A DNA stretch of 64,000 bases from the human T2T-CHM13v2.0 reference genome, Homo sapiens. Positions 29,123 through 43,080 of the stretch are shown here, one piece after another. The stretch's first letter is position 1; every line of letters starts with the position of its first letter. The position numbers and the translations under genes were made by a program. The notes beneath the pieces are model-generated. The model was not told where the DNA came from and ran no database searches. It saw only the letters and a list, made by a program, of their open reading frames with translations. The stretch lies in assembly GCF_009914755.1 (NCBI RefSeq), contig NC_060930.1. One strand, given 5' to 3'.

Positions 29123-31080
29123 GATCTCTACAAGCAAAATTACAAAAACTGATGAAAGAAATGGAAGAGGACACAAATAGAAAGACATCCCATGCTCATG
29201 GATCAGAAGAATTAATATTATTAAAATGACCATACTGCCCAAAGCACTCTACAGATTCAATGTAATCTCTATCAAAATACTAACATCATTTCTCACAGAA
29301 ACAGAAAAACAATCCTAAAATTTATACAGAACAAAAAAATATCCAGACTAGTCAAAACCATTCTGAACAAAAAGAACAAAGCTGGAGGCATTACACTGTG
29401 TGCCTCAAAATATATTACAAGGCAATAGTAACCAAAACAGCATGATATTGGTATAAAAACAAAGCATTGACCAATGGATAGAATAGAGAGTTCAGAAATA
29501 AATCCACAAATTTACAGCCAACTGGTTTTTGACAAAGGTGCCAAGAACATGCATTGGGGAAAGAACACCCTCTTCAATAAATGGTGATGGGAAAATTGAA
29601 TATCTATATGCAGATGAATAAAATTGGGCCCCTCTGTCTCAGTATATGCAAAAATCAACTCTAAATAAATTAAAAACTTAAATGTAAGACTAAAACCTGC
29701 AAAACTACTAGAAGAAAACAGAGAGAAAACACATTAGGACATTGGTCTAGGCAAATATTTTATGGCTAAGAATTCAAAAGCACAATGAAAACAAAAATAG
29801 ACAAATGAGACTATTTTAAACTAAAAAGCTTCTGCACAGCAAAGGAAACAGTCAATAGAGTAAAGAGTCAACCGATTGAATCAGAGAAAACATTTGCAAA
29901 TTATTCATCCAGCAAGGGACTAGCATCCAGAATATATAAGAAACTCAAACAACTCAACAATAAAAAACAAAAGCAAAACAAAACAAAAAACAAATAACCC
30001 TATTAAAAAGTGAGCAAAGGTCATCAATAAACATTTCTCAAAAGAAGACACACAAATGGCCTACAGATATATGAAAAAAAATGCTCAAATCACTAATCAT
30101 CAGGGAAATGCAAATTAAAGCTATTATGAAATATTATCTTATTCCAGTTAAAATGGCTATTACTAAAAAGACAAAAAATAACAGATGCTGGCAAGGATAC
30201 AGAGAAAAGGAAATTCTTTTAAACTGTTGGTGTGGAATATAAGTTACTACAACCACTATGGAAAACAGTATGGCGTTTTCTCAAAAAACTAAAAATAGAA
30301 CTACCATACAATCCACTGGGCCCCTATCCAAAGGAAAAGTAATCAGTATGTTAAAGGGATAGCCGCACTCACATGTTTATTGCAGCACAATTCAGAGTAG
30401 CCAAGAAATAGAACCAAAGGATGAATGGATGAAGAAAATATGGTTTATATACACAATAGAATACTAAAAAGAATAAAGTCATGTATTTTGCAGCAACATG
30501 AATGAAACTTGAGGTCATTATGTTAACTGAAACAAATCAGACACAAAAAGACAAATTCACATGTACTTACTCAACTAAAAAAGTTGACTTCATGAAGGTA
30601 GAGAGAAGAATGATAGATACCAGACACTGAGAAGAGTATGTGAGTGGGAGTGGGGCTGAAAAGAGGTTGGTCAATGGGTACAAACATACAGTTAGATGGA
30701 AGGTATAAGTTCTAATGTTCCATAGCAGAGTCGGCTGACTATAGTTGGTAATGAATTATTATATATTTCAAAGTAACTAGAAGAGGCCAGGCCCAGTGGC
30801 TCATGCCTATAATCCCAGCACTTTGGGAAGCTGAGGTAGACAGATTACTTGAGCTCAAGAGTTCAAGACCAGCCTGGGCAACAAGGCAAAACCCCATCTC
30901 TACAAAATATTCAAAAAGTACCATACGTGTTGGCATGCATCTGTTATCCCAGCAACTCGGGAGGCTGAGGCATGAGGATTGCTTGAATCTGGGAGGCCAA
31001 AATCACACCACTACACTCCAGCCTGGGCTACAGTGTGAGACTCTGTCAAAAAAAATAAAAAGTAACTAGAAGAGAGAACT
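29123..31080 (+). mobile_element. L1MA/PB-like ORF2 3' end and 3'UTR
   Basis: catcccatgctcatggatcagaagaatt, ctaaaaagcttctgcacagcaaagg, and 3'UTR gggtacaaacatacagttagat. Confidence 0.88.
30785..31058 (+). mobile_element. AluJ with a small internal deletion
   Basis: TSD aaagtaactagaaga at 30770-30784 and 31059-31073. Confidence 0.9.
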
Positions 31081-31403
31081 TTTTTTAATAGTGAAACAAT
31101 TATTATTATTTTTTATTTCCACAGTTTTTTGGGGGAACAGGTGGTATTTGGTTACATAAGTAAGTTCTTTAGCAGTAATTTGTGAGATTTTGGTGCACCC
31201 GCCACCCAAGCAGCATAAACAGAACTCGATTTGTAATCTTTTTATCCCTCACTTTCTTCCTACCCTTTTTCCCTGAGTCCCCAAAGTCTATTGTGTCATT
31301 CTCATGCCTTTGCATTCTCATAGTTTAGCTCCCACTTACAAGTGAGAACATACGATGTTTGGTTTTCCATTCCTCAGTTACTTCACTTAAAATAATAGTC
31401 TTC
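31081..31403 (-). mobile_element. L1PB-like 3'UTR fragment
   Basis: tttgggggaacaggtggtatttggttacat...tagtttagctcccacttacaagtgagaacatacg. Confidence 0.8.
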
Positions 31404-31722
<319 letters not shown>

Positions 31723-33938
31723 TCATTAAGTATTCCATTGGTTGCAATAGATCTTTGACTAATTTTCAGAGCTTCTATACGGTTATTTTAGCCAGTCTCT
31801 AGGAGTTTGTTCTTCTTGTTGCTATTGTTATTCTCTTAGTGTTTCTGGGGAAAACAAGGGCCTGAAGCTTACTAATCCACCATCTTGCTAACATTACTTC
31901 CTTACATTAATTTTAATAAACTCTTTATTTTAGAATAGCTTTGGATTTATAAAAAAAAATGCAAAGAGAATTCACATGTATCAGTTTCAGTTTCTTGACA
32001 TTCAGAGGTTTGTTGGGATCTGGATACTAAAGAAATTTATATGGAAAGATAGGAAAAATGGTCAGAGAAAGGGAAGCAAGCACACAATGCTACAGCAATA
32101 AACAACCCCAAATTCTCAGTAACTTTGAATAACAAAGGTTTATTTCTTGTTCAGGGTACAAGTCCAACCAGGTTAGCACAAGGACACTATTCATCACTAA
32201 TGAACACTCATGGTCCCAGACTGACAGCACAGCTATTACCTCAAATGTTGCTGGTCATCGTGGCAAGAGGAAGTGAGGTAAAGGCTCTGCATCTTAAAGC
32301 TGTTTTTTTGTCCATTTCACTGGCCAAGAAAAGTCTCATGGCCAGGACTGACTTCAGTGGGGGAAACTTTAATTCCACCATGTGCCTGAAGTCAGAGAGC
32401 CAGAAATGTTAGAGCTGGAGCTACTGGTAATGACAAGGTCTAAGCTATGTCCTTAGGAATGAACAGACAAGATTGGATGAAGGACAAAGCCACTGAAGGA
32501 GAGTAGGTCAAGAAAGTGAGAGTTCAGAGTGTAAAACATATTACCTACATGCATATTTAAATCATTAGAAATTAAGACAAGGGTAATGTTGGATAGAATA
32601 ACAGAAAACCCAGAGTTAAAATTAATAAGAAATAAGATAGGGTTACCCTTGAGGTCAATAGGGTTACCCTTGAGGTCACTAAATGACTATGACCATGAAG
32701 TCAAGGTCAAGATAGGATAGGGACAAGATAGGATATTCAAAGCTGCAATATTTTAGGGAGGGAGAAGAAGGGAGAATGGTCTGAGAGAAAAATGAATAGT
32801 AAGAAAGACACCCAGGCCATCTCCAGACCCAGGAATTAAAGGGCTGTAGGAGAGAAAATAGCCGCCACTTAAAGGACTGCAGGAAAAACAGGGTCCTCAG
32901 GGGGAATCCAGGTTTCCTTAGAGCAAGAAAGTGAAAAATGTTCAGAGAAGAGATGTAAAATATAAAGGATTTTGCTGCATGAGTTTCAGAGGACACAGTG
33001 CCAGGGTTGCATCTGTTGTGGAGGAATGGGAGGTAGACATAAAAGAATGTGCTGAGCTATGTGAGCATTTAAGCAAGGGAAATGAGGGGTGATGTGGGAG
33101 TCTCAGGCCTCTGATGGAAACTGAAGTAAACATACATAAAGGTCATCAAAGATTAGTCATGATGGACCTGAGAAAATAGCAATGGCAAAGCTGTAAGGGT
33201 TAAGAAATACAGAGGAAAGTGTGTCATAGCTCCCTCTGCAAGGTGGCAGTCCAAGTCCAAACACACATATCTGTCTTGATGTCTGTGGATGAAAGGAAGA
33301 AAGTATGTGAGGCCAGGTCCTACATTGAGCAATCATAGAAAATGCTTTCTTCTCTGCCCACAGACTGGTCAGCTACAACTGGCCTGGCCTGAAGACAAGG
33401 CTAAAGAATTACAGAGGAAGCTGTATCCAAAGTGGACACCATTGCCTCTGACAGAAAGAAGCTCAAATGTTACATTCAACAAAAAATATGTGACAGCTTT
33501 TATATATAGTTCCATTAGTTGGAGTTTTAATATTTATGTGTTGTAGTAGAAGTTCTTTTCTTACTTCTGCATTCTTTCCAGTGAAATAGAAATGCAAGGG
33601 CATCAGTGGAGGAGGAGAGAGATGGTACAAAACAGTTGATATTGAGTCTTTTTATCCATGAACATTGTATCACTCTCTATTTCACTCTTTTTTTCCAATA
33701 AGATTTAACAGTTTTCTGTATAAAAGTCCTAAACACCTTTTGTTACATTTATTCCTAGATAATTTATATTTTGTTTCTATTTCAAGTATACCTTTTTGAT
33801 AATGACTTTTTAAATTTATTGCTGGTTTATAAAAGTGCATTTGATTTTTGCATATTGTTCTCTATTCTAGCCACTTTGATAAACTCTCATTAATTCTGAC
33901 AATATTTTTCTGTAAGTTCTCTTGAGTTTTCTATGTAG

Positions 33939-34329
<391 letters not shown>

Positions 34330-34659
34330 TTCTATTACTTTTTCTTACCTGATTTTTCTGGCTAGGCCTTCAAACCATGCAGAATAGAGGCATTGACCCA
34401 TGAGGTTTTAACTTCAACAATTGCAATTTTTTACTTCTATAAATTCTATTTCATTTTCTAGTCTACATAGCTGTTTTGCATTCTGATTCATTATTTTTAA
34501 TTTTCATCCTTTATCAAGTTTAATCATTCCTTATGTAGCTATTTTACACTCTGCATCAGAAAGTAAAATATGTGATGTCCTTGGGGGGTCTTACACTAAA
34601 ATTTATGTTACCTATTGGCTCTGCTTTATGGTGAGGTGTTTCCTTGTGCCTTTGGTAAA

Positions 34660-34817
34660 TTTTTATTTTTTCAGAGGCAGGGTGTCGCTCTACTGCCCAC
34701 ACTGGAGTGCAGTGGCATGATCATAGCTCACTGCAGTTTCAAACTCCTGGTCTCAAGAGATCACCTCAGCCTCACAAAGCGCTGGCATTGGAGGCATAAG
34801 CCACCACATCTAGCCTG
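34660..34817 (-). mobile_element. Alu monomer (FLAM/FRAM/AluJ fragment)
   Basis: gagtgcagtggcatgatcatagctcactgcag...aactcctggtctcaagagatc. Confidence 0.7.
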
Positions 34818-35029
34818 GTGATTTTTTTTTATTATGAGCTCTTACTTGGTTGAACTTAATTTGTGGGGATCCTGAAAGCCTAACTGGGCATGCTTTACTC
34901 CAGAGGTATTCAAGAGACTCCACTTGGTTCCAGACCTCCCATTTGCCATGGACTTCACATGTACTCTGTTGACCATAACTGTGCAGTGTTTGCTTATCAT
35001 TCATCTTTTGGTTTCAAAGCACTGTTTTA

Positions 35030-36700
35030 TTTGTTTACTTTTTAAACTTAATCTTTTTACTTTGAGATAATTGTAGATTCACATGCAGTTGTAAGAAATA
35101 ATACAGAGACATCCCATGTATCTTTTACCCAGGTTGTCCCAATGATAACGTCTTGCAAAACTACAGTACAACATCACAACTAAGACGTTGCCATTGATAC
35201 GGTCAGATACGAAACATTTCCAACATCACAAGAATCCCACAGATTGCCCTTTTATAGTCACATCCACTTCCTTCCATCCTTATCCCCTCCTTCACCCTTA
35301 GCACTAATCTATTCTTCATTTCTGCGATGTCGTCATTTCAATAATTTTATATAAAAGGAATCAGTCAGTATGTAATCTTTGGAGACTGACTTTTTTCATT
35401 CAGTATAATTATCTGGAGATTCATCCAAATTGCTGCATGTATCCATGGTGTATTCTTTCTTAGTGTTATTCCGTGATGTAGATGTATCATGGTTTGTTTA
35501 ACCATTCGTCAATCAAAAGAAATCTGGGTTATTTCCAGTTTGGGGCTGTTACAAGTAAAGCTGCTGTATGCATTCAGGTATAAATATGTATTTCTCTGGG
35601 TAAATGCCCAGGAGTACAATTCCTGGGTTACAAGGCAATTACATGTTTCATTATTTTTTTTAAATTGCCAAACTGTTTTCTGGAGTGGCTGTACATTTCC
35701 ACCAGTGATGTATGAGGAATCCAATTTCTTCTCATCCTCACCACCATTTTGTGTTGTCATTGTTTTTTATTTTAACCACTCTGATAGATGTGTAGTTATT
35801 CTTCATTTTGGTTTTAATTTGCATCTCCCTAATGGCTAATGATGTTGAACATTTTTTCTATCCATCACTATATATGTTTATTCCTCAATTAAAAGTATAC
35901 ATATGGGAATTTATTCTGAAAAAAAACAGAATTATATGAATTGTTTGTATTCTTATTTAATGGTAAGGATACAGTAATCTTTTCAATCAAAGCATCGTGT
36001 TTGAACAATTAGGACTAAGTAATGACATATTAAATGGTAAGTTATTTTTTTCTTTTTTTGTTATTATATCTCTTTTATTATTATTATACTTTAAGTTCTA
36101 GGGTACGTGTGCACAACGTGCAGGTTTATTACATATGTGTACATGTGCCATGTTGGTGTGCTGCACCCATTAACTCATCATTTAGCATTAGGTATATCTC
36201 CTAATGCTATCCCTCCCCACCCCCCACCCCACAACAGGCCCCGGTGTGTGATGTCCCCCTTCCTGTGTCCAAGTGTTCTCATTGATGTTGAACGTTTTTT
36301 CATGTGTACATTTTCCATCTGTGTATTCTCTTTAGTGAAATAGCTCTTCACATCTTTTGACCATTCTCAAATTGGATTGTTTGGTTTTGAGAGTTCTTTA
36401 TATATTCCAGATTCTTGTCCTTTATCAGATATATGGCTTGCAAATATTTTCTCCCAGTCTTCAGCTCACCTTTTTATCCGCATAATCAGGTCTTTTGCAG
36501 AGCAAAAGTTTTTACTCTTGATTAAATACATGTTTTCGTATTTCATCTCATGGATCATGCCTTTGTTGTCAAGCCTCAGAACTCTTTGCCTTGTCCTACA
36601 TCCTAAAGATTTTTCTCCTATGTTTCCAAAAATTTCATAGTTTTATGTTGTATATTTAAGTTCATGATCCATGTTGAGTTAATATCTTTTATAAGATGTG
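35030..36700 (-). mobile_element. L1MC/MB-like 3' end, interrupted by a younger L1PA insertion
   Basis: ttgagataattgtagattcacatgcagttgtaagaaataatacagag. The element resumes after the TSD at 36283. Confidence 0.8.
35859..36282 (-). mobile_element. Short L1PA 3' end (about 36046-36282) carrying a 3' transduction of about 185 bp (35859-36045)
   Basis: TSD tgatgttgaac[a/g]ttttttc at 35840-35858 and 36283-36301 encloses both the L1PA 3'UTR and the non-L1PA DNA. Confidence 0.8.
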
Positions 36701-37633
36701 AGAACTCTGGTTTCTTGAAAATTTCTCAGACTCTCTCACAAGCCTAGCAGTGGGTGAAAAATAATTTGGAAGGGGAGCAATTTATCTAAAATCTAGCTAT
36801 ATTATAACAGAAAATTTAGACTAGCCCTGTAGAATATCAAATTCACTATACTCTGTTTTAATTCTTGAAGTAAGTAAGTTGAGCTCTGTTACTATTTAGT
36901 ATCTAGACTAATAGTGTAGCTTTTGCTCAGTTTGTATAATACACAGAGCAAGCCTGCTGGCCCCTAAGGAAGTGGAAGATGTTCATGTTTACTGGGGAAG
37001 GGAGGTTGGGAAAACTGGGGTTCTCCCTTGTATGTTTGCTTTCAGATTAGATGTGCCTTTTGCACTTTATATTGCTGATTATGTGGACATGTACATTATA
37101 ATATTTTAATTAAAGTAACTCTCATAAGATTAAACAGTGACTTAAAAGGTTTCTTCAAAAAAAAAAAAATCCCCTGGACTGAAAATAATACTAATATGGC
37201 AAGCATAAAAGAACAGCATGACTGTACCAGAACTGGCACCTCAGCTCCAGTCCTGAGCTCTTACACAGCCCCACTGTGAGTAAAAGCAGTGAGAGTCCAA
37301 TCTGATTTGACAGGGGCTTAGCCAGAAATCTTCCAAATTTCCAAGAAAACTTTCTAAAATGTGGATTTACCTTCGCTATTATTACCAATAAATCCTGCCC
37401 TGTGTATATAATGTTTCTTATATTAGGCAATCATAGCTCTGCACGTAAATTTGATTAGGGAGGCATTCGGTTGCAAGGAACAGAAAACCCAACCACAGTG
37501 ACTTAAGACAGAAGGAGATTATTTTCTTCTTGTAACAAGAAATCTGGAGTTGGGCAGTCATAGGCAATTGTCAACTGCCTAAGGGAGTTATGAAGAACTC
37601 AGGCCCCTTCTGTCTTCTAACTCTACTTTCTTT

Positions 37634-37950
37634 TTTTTTTTTCTCCATTTATATATTTATTCAATCATTTATTTGTAACATTATGGACTCATAGTTTTTA
37701 TTATTATACTTTAAGTTTTAGGGTACATGTGCACAACATGCAGGTTTGTTACATATGTATACATGTGCCATGTTGGTGTGCTGCACCCATTAACTCGTCA
37801 TTTAGCATTAGGTATATCTCCTAATGCTATCCCTCCCCCCTCCCACCACCCGGGCTAATATCCAGAATCTACAATGAACTCAAACAAATTTACAAGAAAA
37901 AAACAAACAACCCCATCAAAAAGTGGGCGAAGGATATGAACAGACACTTC
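37634..37950 (-). mobile_element. Young L1PA insertion with a 5' inversion (twin priming) and a short 3' transduction
   Basis: TSD tctaactct[a/g]ctttcttt at 37616-33 and 37951-68. Poly-T, then about 52 bp of non-L1 DNA, then L1 3'UTR on the minus strand at about 37695-37851, then an L1 ORF2 piece on the plus strand at 37852-37952. Confidence 0.85.
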
Positions 37951-39557
37951 TCTAACTCTGCTTTCTTTACCAGGTAGCATTTGTCTCCACGGTTGGAAGA
38001 CTGCTGCTGCAGCACAGACTGGTGTCTCTATTAATAGATATCTCAGTTGCACTACAGACAGGAAGAAGGGCAAAGGGGAAGAACACGATGGTGAGTAAGA
38101 TGCAATTCCACATTTCAAGCAGCTTTCTTTTTCAGCGAGTGTCCTCAATTATTTCCCAATTTTTATCTTCTTTCTCACGGGAACGAAAAGCCCACATCTC
38201 TGAGGATGTATGCTCCAGGCTACACGCCAGGAATTCTGGATCACCTTCTTTTTAAGAGTCATTAAAAACAGCCCAGCTGTGCCTTGCAGTGGAAATCACT
38301 AGCCGCTGTTGTCTTCATGTCAGTTTGTCATTGTTAATAAGATAACATTGGTTTTATTATTCTTAATCTACCATAAAACTGTATGTCAACTCTCCTATCA
38401 GGAAAACCTTACCAGCAATGGAAACATGTTAATATTAATATAGCATTGCCATTTAGCAACAGATTATGTGGTTGACATAATATGTCTGAGTTTCTTTGAG
38501 GGTGTTATATATGCTCTCTTCACTCAGGGCTGTTGCCTTTCTGAAATATCTCGAGGTGGCGTTTTCCTCGTACTGGTGACTCCATGGTAATATGGAAGTG
38601 CCTTCCCAATAGTGAGGCTACTACAGGGATTCCAAGGTGATTCTTGGACACACCTCTTTCTAGAAAAGAGAAAAATACAAATAAATGTGCTTTCTGGCAG
38701 GAAACCCTGAGTTGTATGGCGTGTGTGTGTGTGTGTGTAAACAAAAATGTGAAATATAAATAGCCGTTCAAGAATATGTATATGCATAAATGTGGTGAGT
38801 ATGAATCACAGCTCATATTCCCAAATATGCAAGAAACAGAATTTTCTTTGATTTCTTGAACCATTTAATTCCCATTTGGCTACTAAGTTGTTAAGAAATG
38901 CTGACTTCAGTCTTTATTAGCCTCTGCTGCACCATGATGGCCAGAGTTGTGCATGGTTTCAGAGTCCCATACAGGGACAAGGCATGGGGAGTTATAGGAA
39001 AATGCCTTCCTTGGCCACCTGTCCACACGAGTTGCCATGGAGAATGTCCCCATCCCAACACAACAGCTCCTTCAGGTCCAGATGCCGTCTCCCTTTCCTG
39101 AGTCATGTTTGGGATGCGAAAATCTTCTCAGTTTTGCCCACATGACTACATGCCCCTCCCACCTCCTTCTCTGGGATCTTGCCACCTCCCAGCACCATCT
39201 TCCTTTCTATTCCTTTTTTTTTTTTTCCCTAAGCCTGGGTGAATCTTTCTCTTGCCTGGAGAATGGAACATTCTGTGCTCTCCACAGTTTCTGGCAAGAC
39301 TTTCTGTCCATACATCAAATCCTTTTGCCTGCTCTGAAATTAGGCTGCTCTGAAATTAGGCTTTTAGAGATGAAAGTAAAAAAGACCGATAGGTCATTTC
39401 TGCTTTTGATCCTGATACATCCCTCCCCTCACACAATGCAGCAAGTACCAATGAGCCAAGTTATCTGATTGAAAATGGTAGGAAAAGGAGACATTCGGAG
39501 AGGAAAAGAATCAAAGGTTAATATGTAAAAAAAATCCTCCTGCCATATGTTCTACAG

Positions 39558-39686
39558 GTGTGTGCGTGTATATATACACACACGTATATATGTTTATAAT
39601 ATAATAATATGTATAATATACACACATATATACATATATGTATATGTATGTGTGTATAGTGTGTATATATATAATGTGTGTGTACA
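39558..39686. repeat. (TA/TG/CA)n low-complexity tract
   Basis: gtgtgcgtgtatatatacacacacgtatata...tatgtatatgtatgtgtgt. Confidence 0.85.
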
Positions 39687-40297
39687 GTATACTTGCCAAA
39701 GTTAATAGCTACTGTAACAAAGAAAATTTTTTAAAATTATGCACTATGTTTCTGTTAATATATTCAATTCAATGTTTTTTGCTTCTAATCAGAGAAATAG
39801 GGAAAATAAGGTATACTAAAGAAGTATAAATCTTGTTTCTTGCCCCCAAAAAGTCTTAATTGAATTGGGATTTAGGTTATATAAGTATACACATAAAAAT
39901 AGACAGGAAATTACAACAATTCAGCACACACAAGCATACGCAGATGTAATTCAAGCAGCATATGGTAATGTTGAGCAGGGAGACTCATAATAATTAACAT
40001 TTGTGAATTGCTTTCCATTTTACTCACATATATAACTTAATTTGATACTCATAATAGCCCTGAAAAGGGTAGTGTGATTATTATCTTCGTTTTACAGAAG
40101 AAGAAAAAATGCAATGCCAAAATTAAGTAATTTTGTCAAATTTACACAATTAGCCAATGGAAATTAAAGTAAAGGCGGTTCCTATGAAAAGTTTGTCTGA
40201 ATATGGACTCCAAAAGGAAGATAAAAGATAAACTATATATGTGTGGTATACAGAGATGTACTTTGCATCATTGAATGAGCAAGCTCGTCCATCCTGC

Positions 40298-40480
40298 CTT
40301 AGTTTGTTGTTGTTGTTCTGTTTTGTTTTGTTTTAGGCTTTTAGCAGCCTGACGCCTTGGTTTTTAGTTTCTGTCTCTAGTGACAGGCGGAAAAGAAGGA
40401 TGAGGAAGGGGCTTTACTGGCCCAACCAGAAATAGTAACTAAGAACCCATGACTGTATTCTCTCCCTTGGACACCCCTGG
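40298..40480 (-). mobile_element. Primate non-autonomous DNA transposon (MER107-like)
   Basis: Reverse complement begins caggggtgtccaagggagagaatacagtcatgggttcttag, a hAT-type terminus. Confidence 0.5.
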
Positions 40481-41547
40481 GAAGCTCTGTACTGGTAAGT
40501 TGAATTGCTTTAAATGGTGACTCTAAATCCAACTTAATCAGAATCTCTAGAGGTGAGTCACAGGGTTGGGTATGTTTTAAATCTCCTCAGGTGATCCTAA
40601 TCAGCAGCCAGTGCTGAGACCACTGGGTTTTGTAGCTGCTGCTCTATAAATAGGTACTATCTTGTATGTTTTAAAACTCTTTAAAAAAATGTCCTTATGC
40701 TATATGTGCCCTTTTGCAACTTTCTTCATGGCTCAGGATTAGGCCTAATATTTTGATTTATTAAAACTGGTAGGAGCAATTAATTTACTTTAACTGCTAC
40801 ATGACATTCTACTATAATTTATCCTCCTACTAATGCAAAGTTTATCTTCTATTCTTATACATCTTTTCTTGTCTTCATGATCTCCTTGTACTAACTTTAC
40901 CAAATTGGGAAAAACTAAAAAGTCCAATGACACTAAGTGTGGTAAGAATGTGGGAAAATGTAATCTCTTATACAATGCTAATGTGAGTGTAATTCTGTAC
41001 ATCTGCTTGGGAGTCAATCAGTCGTAATACTTAGTGTTGACAAATGATCAGATCATTTTGTATTTTGGCAAAGAAACTGTCAAAACCCCTTTTATTTGGT
41101 TCTAGTTTTCTGTGGACAGTAAACAGCTTATTATTCTAGCCATCTGTACTTTTAGGGGAACAGAGACACCAGGGGGCTGGAAAAAATTTAAAATATTAAA
41201 AAGGTTTTAGTAAGTTGATTATATGTTAGATTATATCTGAAATTATTAATAGAAAGTAAAATTACTGCTCTCTAACTATGTCCTATACTAGCGATGCTTT
41301 ATGGCTTTCCAAAGCTATTTAAAACATGGTTTATTTAAGTGAATTAGCTCTTAGTGCATAACCTCTTCAACCTGCACCTCCTCTTTGCTCCAACAGGATC
41401 ACTTTCCAGCCATGTTCTAGTAAATGGTACTAGGCTAAAACACTGGGCTCCATATACAGAACAGTTATTAGACAAAAGGAAGCAGAGAGCTGTAATCCCT
41501 GGGAGAAGGAAAACAAGACACAAGCCTTACAATCAAAAAAATTTCTC

Positions 41548-41730
41548 CCATCCTGGGCAACATAGGAAACCACATCTCTACAAAAAATTTAAAAAATAAA
41601 AAAATTATCCCAGCATGGTGGTCTCTGCCTGTAGTCCCAGCTACTCAGGAGGCCGAGGCAGGAGGATGCTAGGCGGAACCTAGGAATTCAAGGCTGCCGT
41701 GAGCTATGATTGCCCTATCTCTTAAAAAAG
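41548..41730 (+). mobile_element. Partial AluJ with a purine-rich (GAAA/GGAA)n tail extending to about 41968
   Basis: cctgggcaacatagg...cctgtagtcccagctactcaggaggccgaggcaggaggat. Confidence 0.8.
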
Positions 41731-41969
41731 AGACCCTATTTTAAGATGAGAAAGGAAAGAGAAAAGAAAGAAAGAAAGAAAGAGAGAAGGAGTGGAAGGA
41801 AGGAAGGAAGGAAAGAAAGACACTTTGCCTAGTGTCTATATTAGAACTTAAAAATTAGAAGCTTGCTTTTTTCATAATATTTCCCTAATTTCAAAGGAAT
41901 CAATTTCTCTATAAAAACAAGGAAGGAAGAGAGAAAGAGAGGGAGGGAGGGAGGGAGGGAGGAAAGAAA

Positions 41970-43080
41970 TTTAGAAGCTTCTGCCTGAAAAACACTCTCC
42001 AGACCAAGAGGTGGGGCAAAAAAGCCCGCACAATGCATGGTAGTCTTTCTGAACTGAAGAGACACATTAAAGTTCAGGGATCCCAAGGTAGCTAGGATTT
42101 GTGTGAAAGAATTCAGAAAAGTGATAGCTATGCTGAGAAATCTGCGTAAGTCTACAGAAATTCCATAAGTCTACAGAGGGGGATCTCCATGAGGCCAGAC
42201 AAATAATTGCTAAGGAACATTATGATCAACAATTCCTGGAACTCACAGAGGAGCAATAGACACTTGTGTTCCAATAATGCAGAGTGGAGGAATTTCAAAT
42301 AGCTGAAGCATTCAGTAGAATCTCCAGAAGGGGTAGTGAGACAGCTTATCTAGCCCTAGACTAAAGGCTATTCTAGACCTGTCCTAATAATGCTTAAAAG
42401 CAATCCTCGAAAGGATCAAGCTGATTTGCAAATAACTTAACTGCCTGACACAACAAAGCTCAGTGCTATTTACAGGGAGACAACAAAATCCACACACTCA
42501 GCAACCTAATAACACAATGGTCACCATCCAGTAAAAACTTACTAGACATGAAATGGCAAATAAGACCCATAAACTGGAGTGGAAAATCAGTCAATAGACC
42601 CAGAACCACAATCGACACCAATTGTGGAATGAGCAAAGACGTTAAAACAACTATTATACGTATGCTGAAGGATTTAAAATAAAACAACTTCATGTGTAGG
42701 GAAGAAGGATATATAAAAAAGAACCAAATGGAACTCCTACAGATAAAAAATATAGTATCTGAGATGGAAAAAAAAAATCACTAGATAGGCTTGACAACAA
42801 CAGTTTAGACACTGCAAAAGAAAAGATTAATGAACTTGAAGAAATAACAATAGAAATTATTCAAAATAAAGTAAGTAGAGAAAAAAAACTGAATCAAATT
42901 AACAGAGCCTCAAAGACTTCTAGGATAACAGCAAGTTGTTTAAATGTGTAATTAAATCCTAAAAAGAGGGAAGGGAACAACATATTTAAAGATAAAGCGG
43001 TTGAATACTTTCCAAATTTGATGAAAATTAGAAACTCACAGATCTAAGAAATTCAGTGAACCCCCAGTGAGAATATACTC
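41970..43080 (+). mobile_element. Old L1M 5' region and ORF1 fragment
   Basis: aagaaccaaatggaactcctacag, ttagacactgcaaaagaaaagattaatgaacttgaag, ttccaaatttgatgaaaatt. Confidence 0.65.

Noticed and set aside
38410-38485. Short inverted repeats and RFX-like motifs as a hairpin RNA or MITE
   Set aside because: The stems are only 6-7 bp in AT-rich DNA and cannot be distinguished from chance without conservation data.
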